Virus record (IMG/VR): IMGVR_UViG_3300029117_000001
Span: 3,829-67,828 of that record
Reading direction: 5' to 3' (one strand)
From: a virus
DNA length: 64,000 nt
The notes below the pieces were generated by a model that saw only the letters and a list, made by a program, of their open reading frames with translations, was not told the DNA's origin and did no database searches. Shown here piece by piece: positions 46,582 through 55,648 of the stretch. Each line of letters begins with the position of its first letter. Position 1 is the first letter of the stretch. The translations under genes and the position numbers were made by a program.

Positions 46582-47199
46582 ATGCAAAGATTAAATAAAG
46601 TAAGATTATCCGGCAGAGCCGGGGAAATAGTATTTAGCCACGAACATTACGGAAGATACTATTACAAATTCATGCTGACAGTTATTCGTAAAAGCGGTGC
46701 AGTAGATATGTTTCCAATCGTTATAGAAGATTCCGTTGTGCGTGATAATGATTACAACGGAAAAGAAGTTGTGGTAACAGGAGCAATCAGAAGCATGGAC
46801 ACTTCTAAAAATCCAAATAAGCACCACAATGTTAGTTATATCGCAGCTGATGAAGTAGAAATCCTGGATGAACAGGTTCCAGATGGCGATATAAACAAAG
46901 TAGAGTTTATTGCCAGAAGTTGCACGAAAGAGCCATATGCAAAACTTACATCAGTAACGCACAGAAAAGTTTCAAATCTTTTTGTAGCAATTCCAAGAGA
47001 GTATTCAGAAAGAGCGGATTTTATTCGCTGTACTTTATGGGGAAAAGGTGCTGATCTGGCGGTAGAGGTTAAAAGAAATGATTACATTAAAGTAACTGGC
47101 AGGTTAATGAGCCGTGATGTTTATGTTAATGGGGAAGAAACGGAAAGTGTATATGAGATTTCCGTAAAAGAAATGGAGAAATTGGAGGATGAAGAATAA
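46582..47199 (+). CDS. SSB-like protein with two OB folds (paralog 1)
   Basis: N-terminus NKVRLSGRAGEIV ... and C-terminal ADFIRCTLWGKGADLAVEVKRNDYIKVTGRLMSRDVY ... ESVYEISV parallel the E. coli SSB segment [37 protein letters not shown] ... TEVVV. Two such units are present per polypeptide. Confidence 0.5.
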   Translation: MQRLNKVRLSGRAGEIVFSHEHYGRYYYKFMLTVIRKSGAVDMFPIVIEDSVVRDNDYNGKEVVVTGAIRSMDTSKNPNKHHNVSYIAADEVEILDEQVPDGDINKVEFIARSCTKEPYAKLTSVTHRKVSNLFVAIPREYSERADFIRCTLWGKGADLAVEVKRNDYIKVTGRLMSRDVYVNGEETESVYEISVKEMEKLEDEE

Positions 47200-47851
47200 T
47201 AAGAATAAAGTTCAGATGTATGGCGTAATAATGGATATTCAGCCAGGAACGTTTTTCAAGGACGGAGAAAAATTCGTAAGATTCTATATTGGTGCAAAGC
47301 GTACCAGTGGGAACGTAGATTTGCTTCCAGTAATTGTTGAAGAAAAGCAGACGGAAGGCTTAAAGATTGGAAAACACGTCTATGTTGAAGGAAGATACAG
47401 TTCTTCAAACAAACATGAAAGTGGAAAGTCACATTTGATTCTTAAAATCAAAGCGGAAACAATCTGGTGTGGAGATGGTGATGGGAGTGCAGAAGGTGAA
47501 AACAAAATCATTCTGGAAGGTTATCTTTGCAAGCCTCCTATTTACCGCAGAACACCAAGAGGAAAAGAAATCTGTGATTTGATGATTGCTTGCAATGAAT
47601 ATGACTTGCGAAGAACAGATTATATCCCATGTATAGCATGGTGGAAAGAAGCCAGAGAAGCTGCTGATTTCAAGGTTGGAGATTTCGTAAAAATAATCGG
47701 AAGAATCCAGAGCCGGATTTATCATAAAAAATTATCTGGTGATGAAGTAGAGCTTAGAACTGCATATGAGGTATCAATAGGGAGGATAATCGAGCATGAA
47801 GGTGGAAGTAAAAAAGATTTCGTTGGAGAATTACAAGAAGTTTCCGAGTAA
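47189..47851 (+). CDS. SSB-like protein with two OB folds (paralog 2)
   Basis: TDYIPCIAWWKEAREAADFKVGDFVKIIGRIQSRIYHKK ... AYEVSI is the same pattern; overlaps its neighbours on both sides. Confidence 0.5.
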   Translation: MKNNKNKVQMYGVIMDIQPGTFFKDGEKFVRFYIGAKRTSGNVDLLPVIVEEKQTEGLKIGKHVYVEGRYSSSNKHESGKSHLILKIKAETIWCGDGDGSAEGENKIILEGYLCKPPIYRRTPRGKEICDLMIACNEYDLRRTDYIPCIAWWKEAREAADFKVGDFVKIIGRIQSRIYHKKLSGDEVELRTAYEVSIGRIIEHEGGSKKDFVGELQEVSE

Positions 47852-49823
47852 GTCTGTAGATTTGTTTCCAAGAACAGAGATTTCTGGCAGAAACAGAGAA
47901 GGAAAATCCACATTGCAGGACGCATATTTGGACGTTCTGACAGGAAAGATGGCAAATGGTACAGAACCGACTTCTATTAGAAGAAAAGAAAATGGCTTGG
48001 AAGTGCCAAAAGTTGATGTTATAAGAGAGCTTACGCTTGCGATTGATGGAAAAGAAAAAGTGATCCGCAAAATCACAAAACAGAAGTGGAGAAAACCGAG
48101 GGGACAATCCGAAGAGGTGTTCGATGGAAATGAAACTTCTTATGAAATTGACGGATTCCCGGCTAAATCAAAGGATTATACCGAGTTCATCCAGTCAATA
48201 GCAGAACCTTCAACGCTTCTGATGTGCAGTAACCCAAAACCATTTCTGGACACATTGCAGAAGTCAACAGCAGAATCCAGAAAGGTACTGGAAAAGATGT
48301 CTGGTTTTGATATTGCACAGTTTATGGAAGAAAATCCACAGTACGCTCATGTGGAAGAAATCACAAAAGGGCATTCCGTAGAGGATACCTTGAAGAAGCT
48401 CCGAAAGGAACTGAATGCACAGAAGAAAAAGGTGGATGCCAAAAACACGGAGATTGCATATGAAACCAATCGAAGCATTGAAGCAGAAGATACTTCCTCC
48501 CTAGAATCCAAAAAACAGGAGCTTAATGCGGAGCTTTCCAAACTGGAAGAACAGGAAAAGATTCTTGAAGATTCAGCAAAAGGCTATGACAGCCTTACAT
48601 ATGAAATCCGAGGGCTGAAATCTTCCAGGGATGGACTTGTTAGCAAGGCAGATAATGAGCTGAAAGACAAGAAAGCAGCCATTATGAATGTGTATTATGA
48701 CCTTGCAAAAAATAAAATTGAAAAAGAATCAGCTATCCGAATGTTGGGAATGGAACTGGACAACCACATAAGAGCTGGGCAACAGGCGAAAGCTGACTTG
48801 GATAGAGCCAGACAGGACTATCCGAGAATCAAAGAAATGGAGTGGGATGATTCTGAACTGAAAGCTATTGAAGCTGAAACATTCAATGATTCTGATACTA
48901 TTTGCCCTACCTGTGGACAAGAGCTGCCAGAAGAACAAGTTTCCGAATTGAGAGCTTCCTTTGAAGAAAAGAAGAAGTTTAGAATTGAAAATGAATTAAC
49001 CAAAAAGCAAAACTGGGAATCAGCAAAACAGAACCAGTTGAAAGGAACTTGTGATCTTGGAAATTCTGCTGCTGCAAAATTAAAGAAAACTAACGAGGAA
49101 ATCAACAAATTACAGTCGGAAATCGGCGCAGCACAGGATGAAGTTGATGAACTTACTAAGCAGATTGAGGAAGAACAGTCCAAATTTACGGAGCTTCCAG
49201 AATCTGTAGATATGACAAATGATGAAGAATATCTTGCAGTTACAGTGAGAATTGCAGAACTTGAAGAGAAACTGAAATCATTTGATGATGTTACTGGAAA
49301 GAAACAGGAATTAAGAATGCAGATCAGCAATGTTATGAAACAGATTTCCAATGTGGATGCAGACATTAAGATTGCACAGGCAGCAGTCACAGAGAAAGAA
49401 AAGCGAGTAGCCGAACTGAATGAGGAACTGAAAAGCCTTGGACAGGTACAAGCTGATATTGAAAAGAACATTGATACCGTTCTTAACTTCTCAATCCAGA
49501 AGAATAAGGCACTGGCAGAGAAAATCAATCCATTTTTCCATCATTTTCAGTTCAGTTTCCTTGATTACACGATTGAGGGAAATCCAGTGGAGACTTGCAA
49601 GATGATCTGCAATGGAATTGATTACAACAGCGGATTGAATCATTCAGATAAGATTCTGTGTGAGGTCGATTTACTGAATGGATTACAGGAAATGAATGGG
49701 CTGAATATGCCGATTTGGATTGATGATTCGGAGAGCATTGATAAAAGCAGAATCCCTGTATTAGACAGGCAAATGATCGTACTAAGAGTGACGGACGATG
49801 ATTTGAGAGTGAGAAAAATTTAA
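47796..49823 (+). CDS. SbcC/Rad50/SMC-like ATPase (recombination/repair)
   Basis: Walker A GRNREGKST at the N-terminus; about 400 aa of coiled coil; a central Cys-x2-Cys zinc-hook-like motif (ICPTCGQELPEEQ); C-terminal signature and Walker B/D-loop region (LNMPIWIDDSESID). Confidence 0.65.
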   Translation: MKVEVKKISLENYKKFPSKSVDLFPRTEISGRNREGKSTLQDAYLDVLTGKMANGTEPTSIRRKENGLEVPKVDVIRELTLAIDGKEKVIRKITKQKWRKPRGQSEEVFDGNETSYEIDGFPAKSKDYTEFIQSIAEPSTLLMCSNPKPFLDTLQKSTAESRKVLEKMSGFDIAQFMEENPQYAHVEEITKGHSVEDTLKKLRKELNAQKKKVDAKNTEIAYETNRSIEAEDTSSLESKKQELNAELSKLEEQEKILEDSAKGYDSLTYEIRGLKSSRDGLVSKADNELKDKKAAIMNVYYDLAKNKIEKESAIRMLGMELDNHIRAGQQAKADLDRARQDYPRIKEMEWDDSELKAIEAETFNDSDTICPTCGQELPEEQVSELRASFEEKKKFRIENELTKKQNWESAKQNQLKGTCDLGNSAAAKLKKTNEEINKLQSEIGAAQDEVDELTKQIEEEQSKFTELPESVDMTNDEEYLAVTVRIAELEEKLKSFDDVTGKKQELRMQISNVMKQISNVDADIKIAQAAVTEKEKRVAELNEELKSLGQVQADIEKNIDTVLNFSIQKNKALAEKINPFFHHFQFSFLDYTIEGNPVETCKMICNGIDYNSGLNHSDKILCEVDLLNGLQEMNGLNMPIWIDDSESIDKSRIPVLDRQMIVLRVTDDDLRVRKI

Positions 49824-50005
49824 ATAAAAAGTCAAAAAGCATAGGTGCCGTTGTATGGCAATGAAAGTTGCCACTATACCAAAATATATGATTGTAAAGA
49901 ACGAAAAATCAAAGAACATCTAAATACAAAAAATCAACGAATAACACAGTATAGAACAATTCTCATTGCTATACACAGGCACCTATGCAGAAACAGGAGG
50001 GGAAA

Positions 50006-50452
50006 ATGCTAACAGCAACATGGGGAAAACATTTTTTCAAAGCGGATGCTACAAAATGTGCTTCTGAAATCATGGAAATTTGCGATCAGATGGAATCTGC
50101 TACACCACAGCAGATTCTTGAAAAAGCAAGGGATGAAAGCACAGAATTACATAAATGCTTCACATGGGATGATTCCATAGCAGCTGAAAAATACAGAATC
50201 CACGAAGCCAGACAGATTATTTGTCAGTTAAAAATCGTGGAACAGGATATTGATGATAAGCCAAAGCCGACAGCAATTCGAGTGTTTTACAAGACAGATG
50301 GGAAAAGCGGATACAAGCCAACACAGCTTATTTTAAAACAGCCAGATGAATACGAAGCACTTTTAGAGCGTTGCCGGAATGAACTTCTGTCAGTGAAGCA
50401 GAAATACCAGAATATTTCCGAATACGAAGAAGTTTGGGAATTGATTAATTAA
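50006..50452 (+). CDS. hypothetical protein
   Basis: RBS AAACAGGAGGGGAAAATG. Confidence 0.4.
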   Translation: MLTATWGKHFFKADATKCASEIMEICDQMESATPQQILEKARDESTELHKCFTWDDSIAAEKYRIHEARQIICQLKIVEQDIDDKPKPTAIRVFYKTDGKSGYKPTQLILKQPDEYEALLERCRNELLSVKQKYQNISEYEEVWELIN

Positions 50453-51478
50453 ATATTGAGGCCGCTACTGTGCTGATATGCCTACAGGAGTAGGAAGAAA
50501 TCAAACTATATTATGGCACATTATATTGCTAAATAGGACAATACATAATATCACAGAGCACAGCAAAACACCTTATTCTTGTAGGGACATGAGTGCAGTA
50601 GCGGCGAAATTCCTACGTTGATATGCCTGTAAAACAGGCAAGTAAAGTACAGGAAAAAACAGAACGCCACAAGACAACACAGGATAGTTCGAAACAGAAT
50701 ATTCGCTTGATTTTACAGGTTTATGAGCGTAGGAAACCACAGCATTTATCAGTCTGCATAAGCGGAACAAAACTTCACGAAAGTATAACACAGTAAAAAA
50801 GACAAAAGAATAGCATATGACATTGCAGAATACTTTCACTGTTTATGCAGAGCGACAAGTGTTGTGACACTTAATAAAAAATAGCATATGAAACTATAGG
50901 AAATAAAACGGAAGAACAACAGATTACACACAGCACTTACCGGATGGGCTGTTTTGTAGGCGGTATAAATCGTCAAGACAGAACACTACAGTACAACACA
51001 ATACAAAACACAACATATGACTTTTATATCGTCTATAAAGCAGCCCTCTAAAATCTGAATATTGGGTAGGTGACATGAGATGTCACAGCAAAGAACAGGA
51101 TAGCACATTATATTACAAAACAAGACATTACAGAACACTTCATGTTACCTACCGAGTATTCAACACCAAGTGTATTTAGTTGGCAGTAGAAACTGTCATA
51201 ATAGGAAACCATAAAATCTTATATGTGAGAACAAAATAATACAGTAAACAATAGCACAACACAAGACAAGCTTTCTACTGCTTGCTAAGTGCATTTGGAG
51301 TTTGCACAAAGATTTAAGCGGATTATTTCGCAGAACAGAAAATTGTAGCACAGTTAAGAATAGTACAATATAGAACAAGATAGCACAAAACATTAATTGT
51401 ATATTGTAAATAATCCGTTTAAGTGTTTGTACAAACAAAAACTATAAATAAAATCATTTGTTTTAGGAGGAAAACAAC
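50453..51478. repeat. ~1 kb ORF-poor, A+C-rich non-coding region with many iteron-like repeats (candidate origin or regulatory hub)
   Basis: Recurrent (A/G)ATAG(N)ACAA motifs (AGGATAGCACA, GAATAGTACAATATAGAACAAGATAGCACAAAAC, ATAGCATATGA twice), perfect palindrome GTGACATGAGATGTCAC, flanking inverted repeat GGCCGCTACTGTGC/GCAGTAGCGGC; G-poor on the + strand. Confidence 0.55.
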
Positions 51479-52156
51479 ATGGCAAAAAACATCACAATCG
51501 AACCTTTAAAGGAAACTACATTAAGAGTTGAGTTAATCGGGGACACAGACCTCATTCTTCACAAGAGAAGCCGCTACTACGAACAGGCTGAATGCTTCAA
51601 GCAGTCCAAAGACAAGGGCTTCAAAATGCCAGCTATTTACAATCAGCCCAAGAATGTTTGGGAGGGATTAATCACTGGTATTCACTGGGAGAAACCGATT
51701 AATTTCCATGATGAAGATATTTCCCTTTACACAGAGGAAGAGTGGAAAGATTACATGGCAAACAACAGACCTTGCATTCTTACTCAGGCATTCAAGAAGT
51801 CATTCACAGAAACATTTATTACTTTCTTCAAGGATTCTACAGGAAAGAAAGGAACAGATATTAAGCGTTCTCTTTCAATCGAAGGCTCTATTTGCCCGGT
51901 AAACTTTGAATCTGTTGAGGTAGTAAATAAGATCGTTCCGACCTCTGGAATCAGTGCAAGCCCGGTTCTTTGTAGCAGCAATGTGTTCCATAATTGGCGA
52001 ACCACCATTGAGGTATCTTGCCCGGACATTGTATTTCCATATGAGACAGTATTACAGCTGATTGAAACCAGCGGAAAGTACATCGGAATCGGAACACAGA
52101 GAGCAAATGGAAACGGAAGATATCACATCAACCCGGACAATGTAACAATCATTTAA
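51479..52156 (+). CDS. hypothetical protein (225 aa)
   Basis: Strong RBS AGGAGGAAAACAACATG; no recognisable motif. Confidence 0.45.
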   Translation: MAKNITIEPLKETTLRVELIGDTDLILHKRSRYYEQAECFKQSKDKGFKMPAIYNQPKNVWEGLITGIHWEKPINFHDEDISLYTEEEWKDYMANNRPCILTQAFKKSFTETFITFFKDSTGKKGTDIKRSLSIEGSICPVNFESVEVVNKIVPTSGISASPVLCSSNVFHNWRTTIEVSCPDIVFPYETVLQLIETSGKYIGIGTQRANGNGRYHINPDNVTII

Positions 52157-52458
52157 TTAGGTAACTATCGGTGGTATATGAATCCGAATAAAGTCGGAAA
52201 ACAACAAACCGAACTAATCGAAAGAACAGGATAGAACAATACAGTACATAAAAAACATTTATCCTGTTTCATATGTCACTGAGCATAACTCTTGGGTGCA
52301 TTCACGGTGGATTAAATTCTTATCAGAATAGGACACTATAACAAACGAGACAATATTAGAGAATAGAACAAAATATAGCAAAACATATCACAAACTGATT
52401 TTGACCCACTTTGTATGCACCTAAGAGAAAAATATAAAAAAGAAAAAGGAGAATTAAA

Positions 52459-53406
52459 ATGGCAGGAAAAACACAGTTAGCAACAACAGGAGAACAACAG
52501 GCGGCAATTGTAATTAACAACTCATTCATTGATGGATTGGTTAAGCAGCTTGAAAAAAAATGCGAATATGGTCTTTCGTTCCCAAAAGACTACAACCTAA
52601 GCAATGCGCTCATGGGGGCGTATCTGATTCTGAAAGAAACAAAAGACAGAAATAATAAGCCAATTCTGGAATCTTGCACATCCACAAGCATTGCAAACAG
52701 TCTTATGAACATGGCAACACTTGGTCTTTCAGTGCAGAAAAAGCAAGGATATTTTATTTCTTACGGAAATCAGTGTCAGTTCCAGAGGTCTTACTTCGGA
52801 AACATTACAATAGCCAGAAGATACGGAATGAAAGATATTCACGCCGAGATCATCTACCAAGGAGATAAGTTCAAATACCACATTGAAGATGGAAACAAGG
52901 TACTTGATTCCCACGAACAGGACTTTATGAATATTGATAATGATAAAATTCTTGGCGCATATGCAGTAGTGCTGATGGAAGATGGAACAAAGCATTTGGA
53001 AGTAATGAACATGAAGCAGATCAAACAATCTTGGTTACAGGGCTATGGGTACAAAGAAAACGGCAATGGAACGCATCAGAAATTCACTGACCAGATGGCA
53101 AAGAAAACAGTTATCAATCGTGCATTAAAGCAGATTATCAACAGCCACGGTGATGTTTTTGTACAGGAAGCTGACGAGAATACAGAGGATATTCCAAAAC
53201 AGGATATTATTGAACAAGACGTTGCTTATGAAATTAGTGAGAACGCAAACACAGAAGAATTCATTCCACAACCAGAAGTAATCGAAGAAAAGCCAAAGCA
53301 GCCAACCGTAGCCGAAACCGTAAAAACAACAGAGAAAGAACCAGTTCCGGCAGCAGAGCCAGTGGAAACAGAAATTCCGTCATTTATGAGCCAGGAGGAA
53401 ATGTAG
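52459..53406 (+). CDS. recT: RecT-family single-strand annealing recombinase
   Basis: Central region ILGAYAVV ... QMAKKTVINRALK characteristic of RecT/Red-beta; acidic C-terminal tail; strong RBS AAAAGGAGAATTAAAATG. Confidence 0.7.
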   Translation: MAGKTQLATTGEQQAAIVINNSFIDGLVKQLEKKCEYGLSFPKDYNLSNALMGAYLILKETKDRNNKPILESCTSTSIANSLMNMATLGLSVQKKQGYFISYGNQCQFQRSYFGNITIARRYGMKDIHAEIIYQGDKFKYHIEDGNKVLDSHEQDFMNIDNDKILGAYAVVLMEDGTKHLEVMNMKQIKQSWLQGYGYKENGNGTHQKFTDQMAKKTVINRALKQIINSHGDVFVQEADENTEDIPKQDIIEQDVAYEISENANTEEFIPQPEVIEEKPKQPTVAETVKTTEKEPVPAAEPVETEIPSFMSQEEM

Positions 53407-53582
53407 GATGGAAACTTCCACAATTGTGCTTATTATTTTGCTTTCAATAGCACTTTTGGGATGGATAGTAACTTTTATTCGAAAAAATGAATACAATCGA
53501 ACCAATTTAATTATTCTTTTAAATGTTATTACATATGTGGTACTCATTATAATCCGACTTACAATGTAAAAGGAGAGTCAAA

Positions 53583-53858
53583 ATGAAGCATAAATGTATT
53601 AAGACAGCAGTATTAGTCACAGGGGCTATAGCAATCATAATGTTTAGTGGTTGTTCTTCCTGTAGCAGATCATTAAAATCACTATCCAGTGATATTGACG
53701 GCGGTCTGAACCGTACCGTAACTGTTTACGATTACAACGGCGGTAAAATTAAGTCCTGGTCTGGAAAGTTTGATGTTTCCGAATCAGAGAATGAAGTTTA
53801 CTTTGATGATTCTGACGGAAAAAGAGTTATTATCCATGGCGGTATTGTAGTGAATTAG
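53583..53858 (+). CDS. small lipoprotein
   Basis: Signal peptide with lipobox MFSG-C (LVTGAIAIIMFSGCSS); strong RBS. Confidence 0.45.
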   Translation: MKHKCIKTAVLVTGAIAIIMFSGCSSCSRSLKSLSSDIDGGLNRTVTVYDYNGGKIKSWSGKFDVSESENEVYFDDSDGKRVIIHGGIVVN

Positions 53859-53881
53859 GAAAACTAGGAGGGATAATAGTT

Positions 53882-54481
53882 ATGAATGAAATTTTAAAGA
53901 AAGCAAAAGAACGGGTTGAACTTTTAGAGAAGCAGGAGAAAAGTGGGAAAATCAAATTATCAGAGTTGAACCCTGGTGATGTATTCCAAACTACAGGTAA
54001 AAGAAAATACAAAGTGTTGGAACAGTATGAAAATACCACCAAGATAGTTTCTTTTGACCTTGTAAAAGAAAATGTAAAATTCGGGGATAATGCAGATTAT
54101 TTAGAGTCTGAATTAAAAGAACTTTGTGACACGGAAATTTTAGCGAATTTTGAAGAGGAATTTGGTGCGGAGAATATTGAAACACATGAAGCAGATCTTA
54201 TTACGGTCGACGGTCAGAATACAGGCGTTTCGGTGAAATGTAAAATCAGACCTCTTACATTTGATGAAGCAAGAAAATATACGGAATTAACTCCGAACAA
54301 AAAACTTAATGACTGGTATTGGACATGTACATCTTGGTCAACAAAAGAACGCGGATGGAGTAGCGTTGCCGTTGTTTCCTCCTCGGGTAGCGTCAGCTAC
54401 TTTAACCGCATCAGTGACATCGGTGTTCGCCCAGTTTGTATCTTAAAATCTAATCTCTTTGTATCTAAAGTGGAGGAATAA
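53882..54481 (+). CDS. DGR target protein 1 (DUF1566 / C-type-lectin-fold variable protein) carrying VR1
   Basis: C-terminus ...WYWTCTSWST ... SVAVVSSSGSVSYFNRISDIGVRPVCI; the DNA at 54368-54442 is homologous to the TR with differences mostly at TR adenines. Confidence 0.7.
   Translation: MNEILKKAKERVELLEKQEKSGKIKLSELNPGDVFQTTGKRKYKVLEQYENTTKIVSFDLVKENVKFGDNADYLESELKELCDTEILANFEEEFGAENIETHEADLITVDGQNTGVSVKCKIRPLTFDEARKYTELTPNKKLNDWYWTCTSWSTKERGWSSVAVVSSSGSVSYFNRISDIGVRPVCILKSNLFVSKVEE
54368..54442 (+). repeat. DGR variable repeat 1 (VR1)
   Basis: 75-bp homolog of the TR; about 9 differences, 8 of them at TR adenines and one T-to-C, plus a 3' IMH-like divergence. Confidence 0.7.
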
Positions 54482-54483
54482 AA

Positions 54484-55080
54484 ATGAAAAAAGATTTGAA
54501 ATATTTTGAGACAGAAATAAAAAGAATTACAGAGGAATTCGAGGATTACAAAAAGAAACACATGGGCACTCCGAAACCCGGGGAAGTGGTTGAAATTTCC
54601 GGTATGGAATGGATAATACTGGACAAGCTTCCGGATGGATATTTTGCAATTTTAAATAGTTTTTATGGTAAAACAAGAATGTTTGATTCAGATTCCAGCA
54701 ATTGGAAAGAAAGTTCTTTAAGAGAAGAATTAAACACATCATTTTTAGAAAAAATTAATACGCCTTTCGATGGAAATGCAGTTGTTGAATTTGACCGTAA
54801 CCTGTTGGCATTGGACGGGCAGACTGAATATGGAACTTGTAGAGATAAGATTTCACTCTTAACCGTGGATGAATACAGAAAATACAGGAAATATTTGCCA
54901 AATATGGATAAATGGTGGTGGCTTATTACACCATGGAGTACACCTTACAATGATTATTTTAAGAGCGTAGCCGTTGTTTCCTCCTCGGGTTACGTCGACT
55001 ACGGTAACTGCTACGATGTCTGCGGTGTTCGCCCAGTTTGTATCTTTTCCTCTTCAATCTTTGAATCAGACGAGGATTAA
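54484..55080 (+). CDS. DGR target protein 2 (DUF1566 / C-type-lectin-fold variable protein) carrying VR2
   Basis: Paralog of target 1; C-terminus KWWWLITPWST ... SVAVVSSSGYVDYGNCYDVCGVRPVCIF; VR2 at 54970-55044. Confidence 0.75.
   Translation: MKKDLKYFETEIKRITEEFEDYKKKHMGTPKPGEVVEISGMEWIILDKLPDGYFAILNSFYGKTRMFDSDSSNWKESSLREELNTSFLEKINTPFDGNAVVEFDRNLLALDGQTEYGTCRDKISLLTVDEYRKYRKYLPNMDKWWWLITPWSTPYNDYFKSVAVVSSSGYVDYGNCYDVCGVRPVCIFSSSIFESDED
54970..55044 (+). repeat. DGR variable repeat 2 (VR2)
   Basis: Every VR2/TR difference in the body of the repeat (about 11) maps to a TR adenine (A to T or G); the 3'-terminal CAACCTG/CAGTTTG difference looks like IMH versus IMH*. Confidence 0.8.
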
Positions 55081-55082
55081 TA

Positions 55083-55454
55083 ATGGCAAATGAAGATTTA
55101 CAGGTGATAATAAAAGCCAAGCAGTTAGCAAAGCACACGCTTATAGTAACCAGTAACGCGAGGAGATATCCTAAGAAATTCAGATTTTCTTTAGTTGATA
55201 AAATGAAGAACAAATCGCTCGAAATACACGCTAAGCTCTTTGAAGCCAATCGAACAAATTTGAAAGATTATAAGAGAGAAAGGCTAGAATTACAGACAAA
55301 AGCAATTACATATTGTGATGAACTTCTCTTTTATATAGAGCTTTCATACGAGCTTAATATCATTAATTCGGGAAGTATGGAGACATGGTCGAAAATGGTT
55401 ACAGATATTAAGCATATGGCGATTGCTTGGAGAACAAAAGACAGAAACAGATGA
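55083..55454 (+). CDS. avd: DGR accessory variability determinant (Avd-like small basic helical protein)
   Basis: 123 aa, basic, predicted helical; located between the VR gene and the TR exactly as in Bordetella phage BPP-1 (mtd-avd-TR-brt). Confidence 0.6.
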   Translation: MANEDLQVIIKAKQLAKHTLIVTSNARRYPKKFRFSLVDKMKNKSLEIHAKLFEANRTNLKDYKRERLELQTKAITYCDELLFYIELSYELNIINSGSMETWSKMVTDIKHMAIAWRTKDRNR

Positions 55455-55478
55455 TTTTTATAGGTTATGCGTTGTAGA

Positions 55479-55553
55479 GCCGTTGTTTCCTCCTCGGGTA
55501 ACGTCAACAACAATAACTGCAACAATGACAACGGTGTTCGCCCAACCTGTATC
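55479..55553 (+). repeat. DGR template repeat (TR)
   Basis: Adenine-rich (AACGTCAACAACAATAACTGCAACAATGACAAC) non-coding copy of the VRs, 24 nt after avd and 95 nt before the RT gene. Confidence 0.8.
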
Positions 55554-55648
55554 ACAGGCAGACAGAGTAAGCAGAAAGCTGAAATCCGAATAGATACAAG
55601 CAAATGCATAACCTTTCCGCAATGGATAAATATAAAGGAACAAAATAA

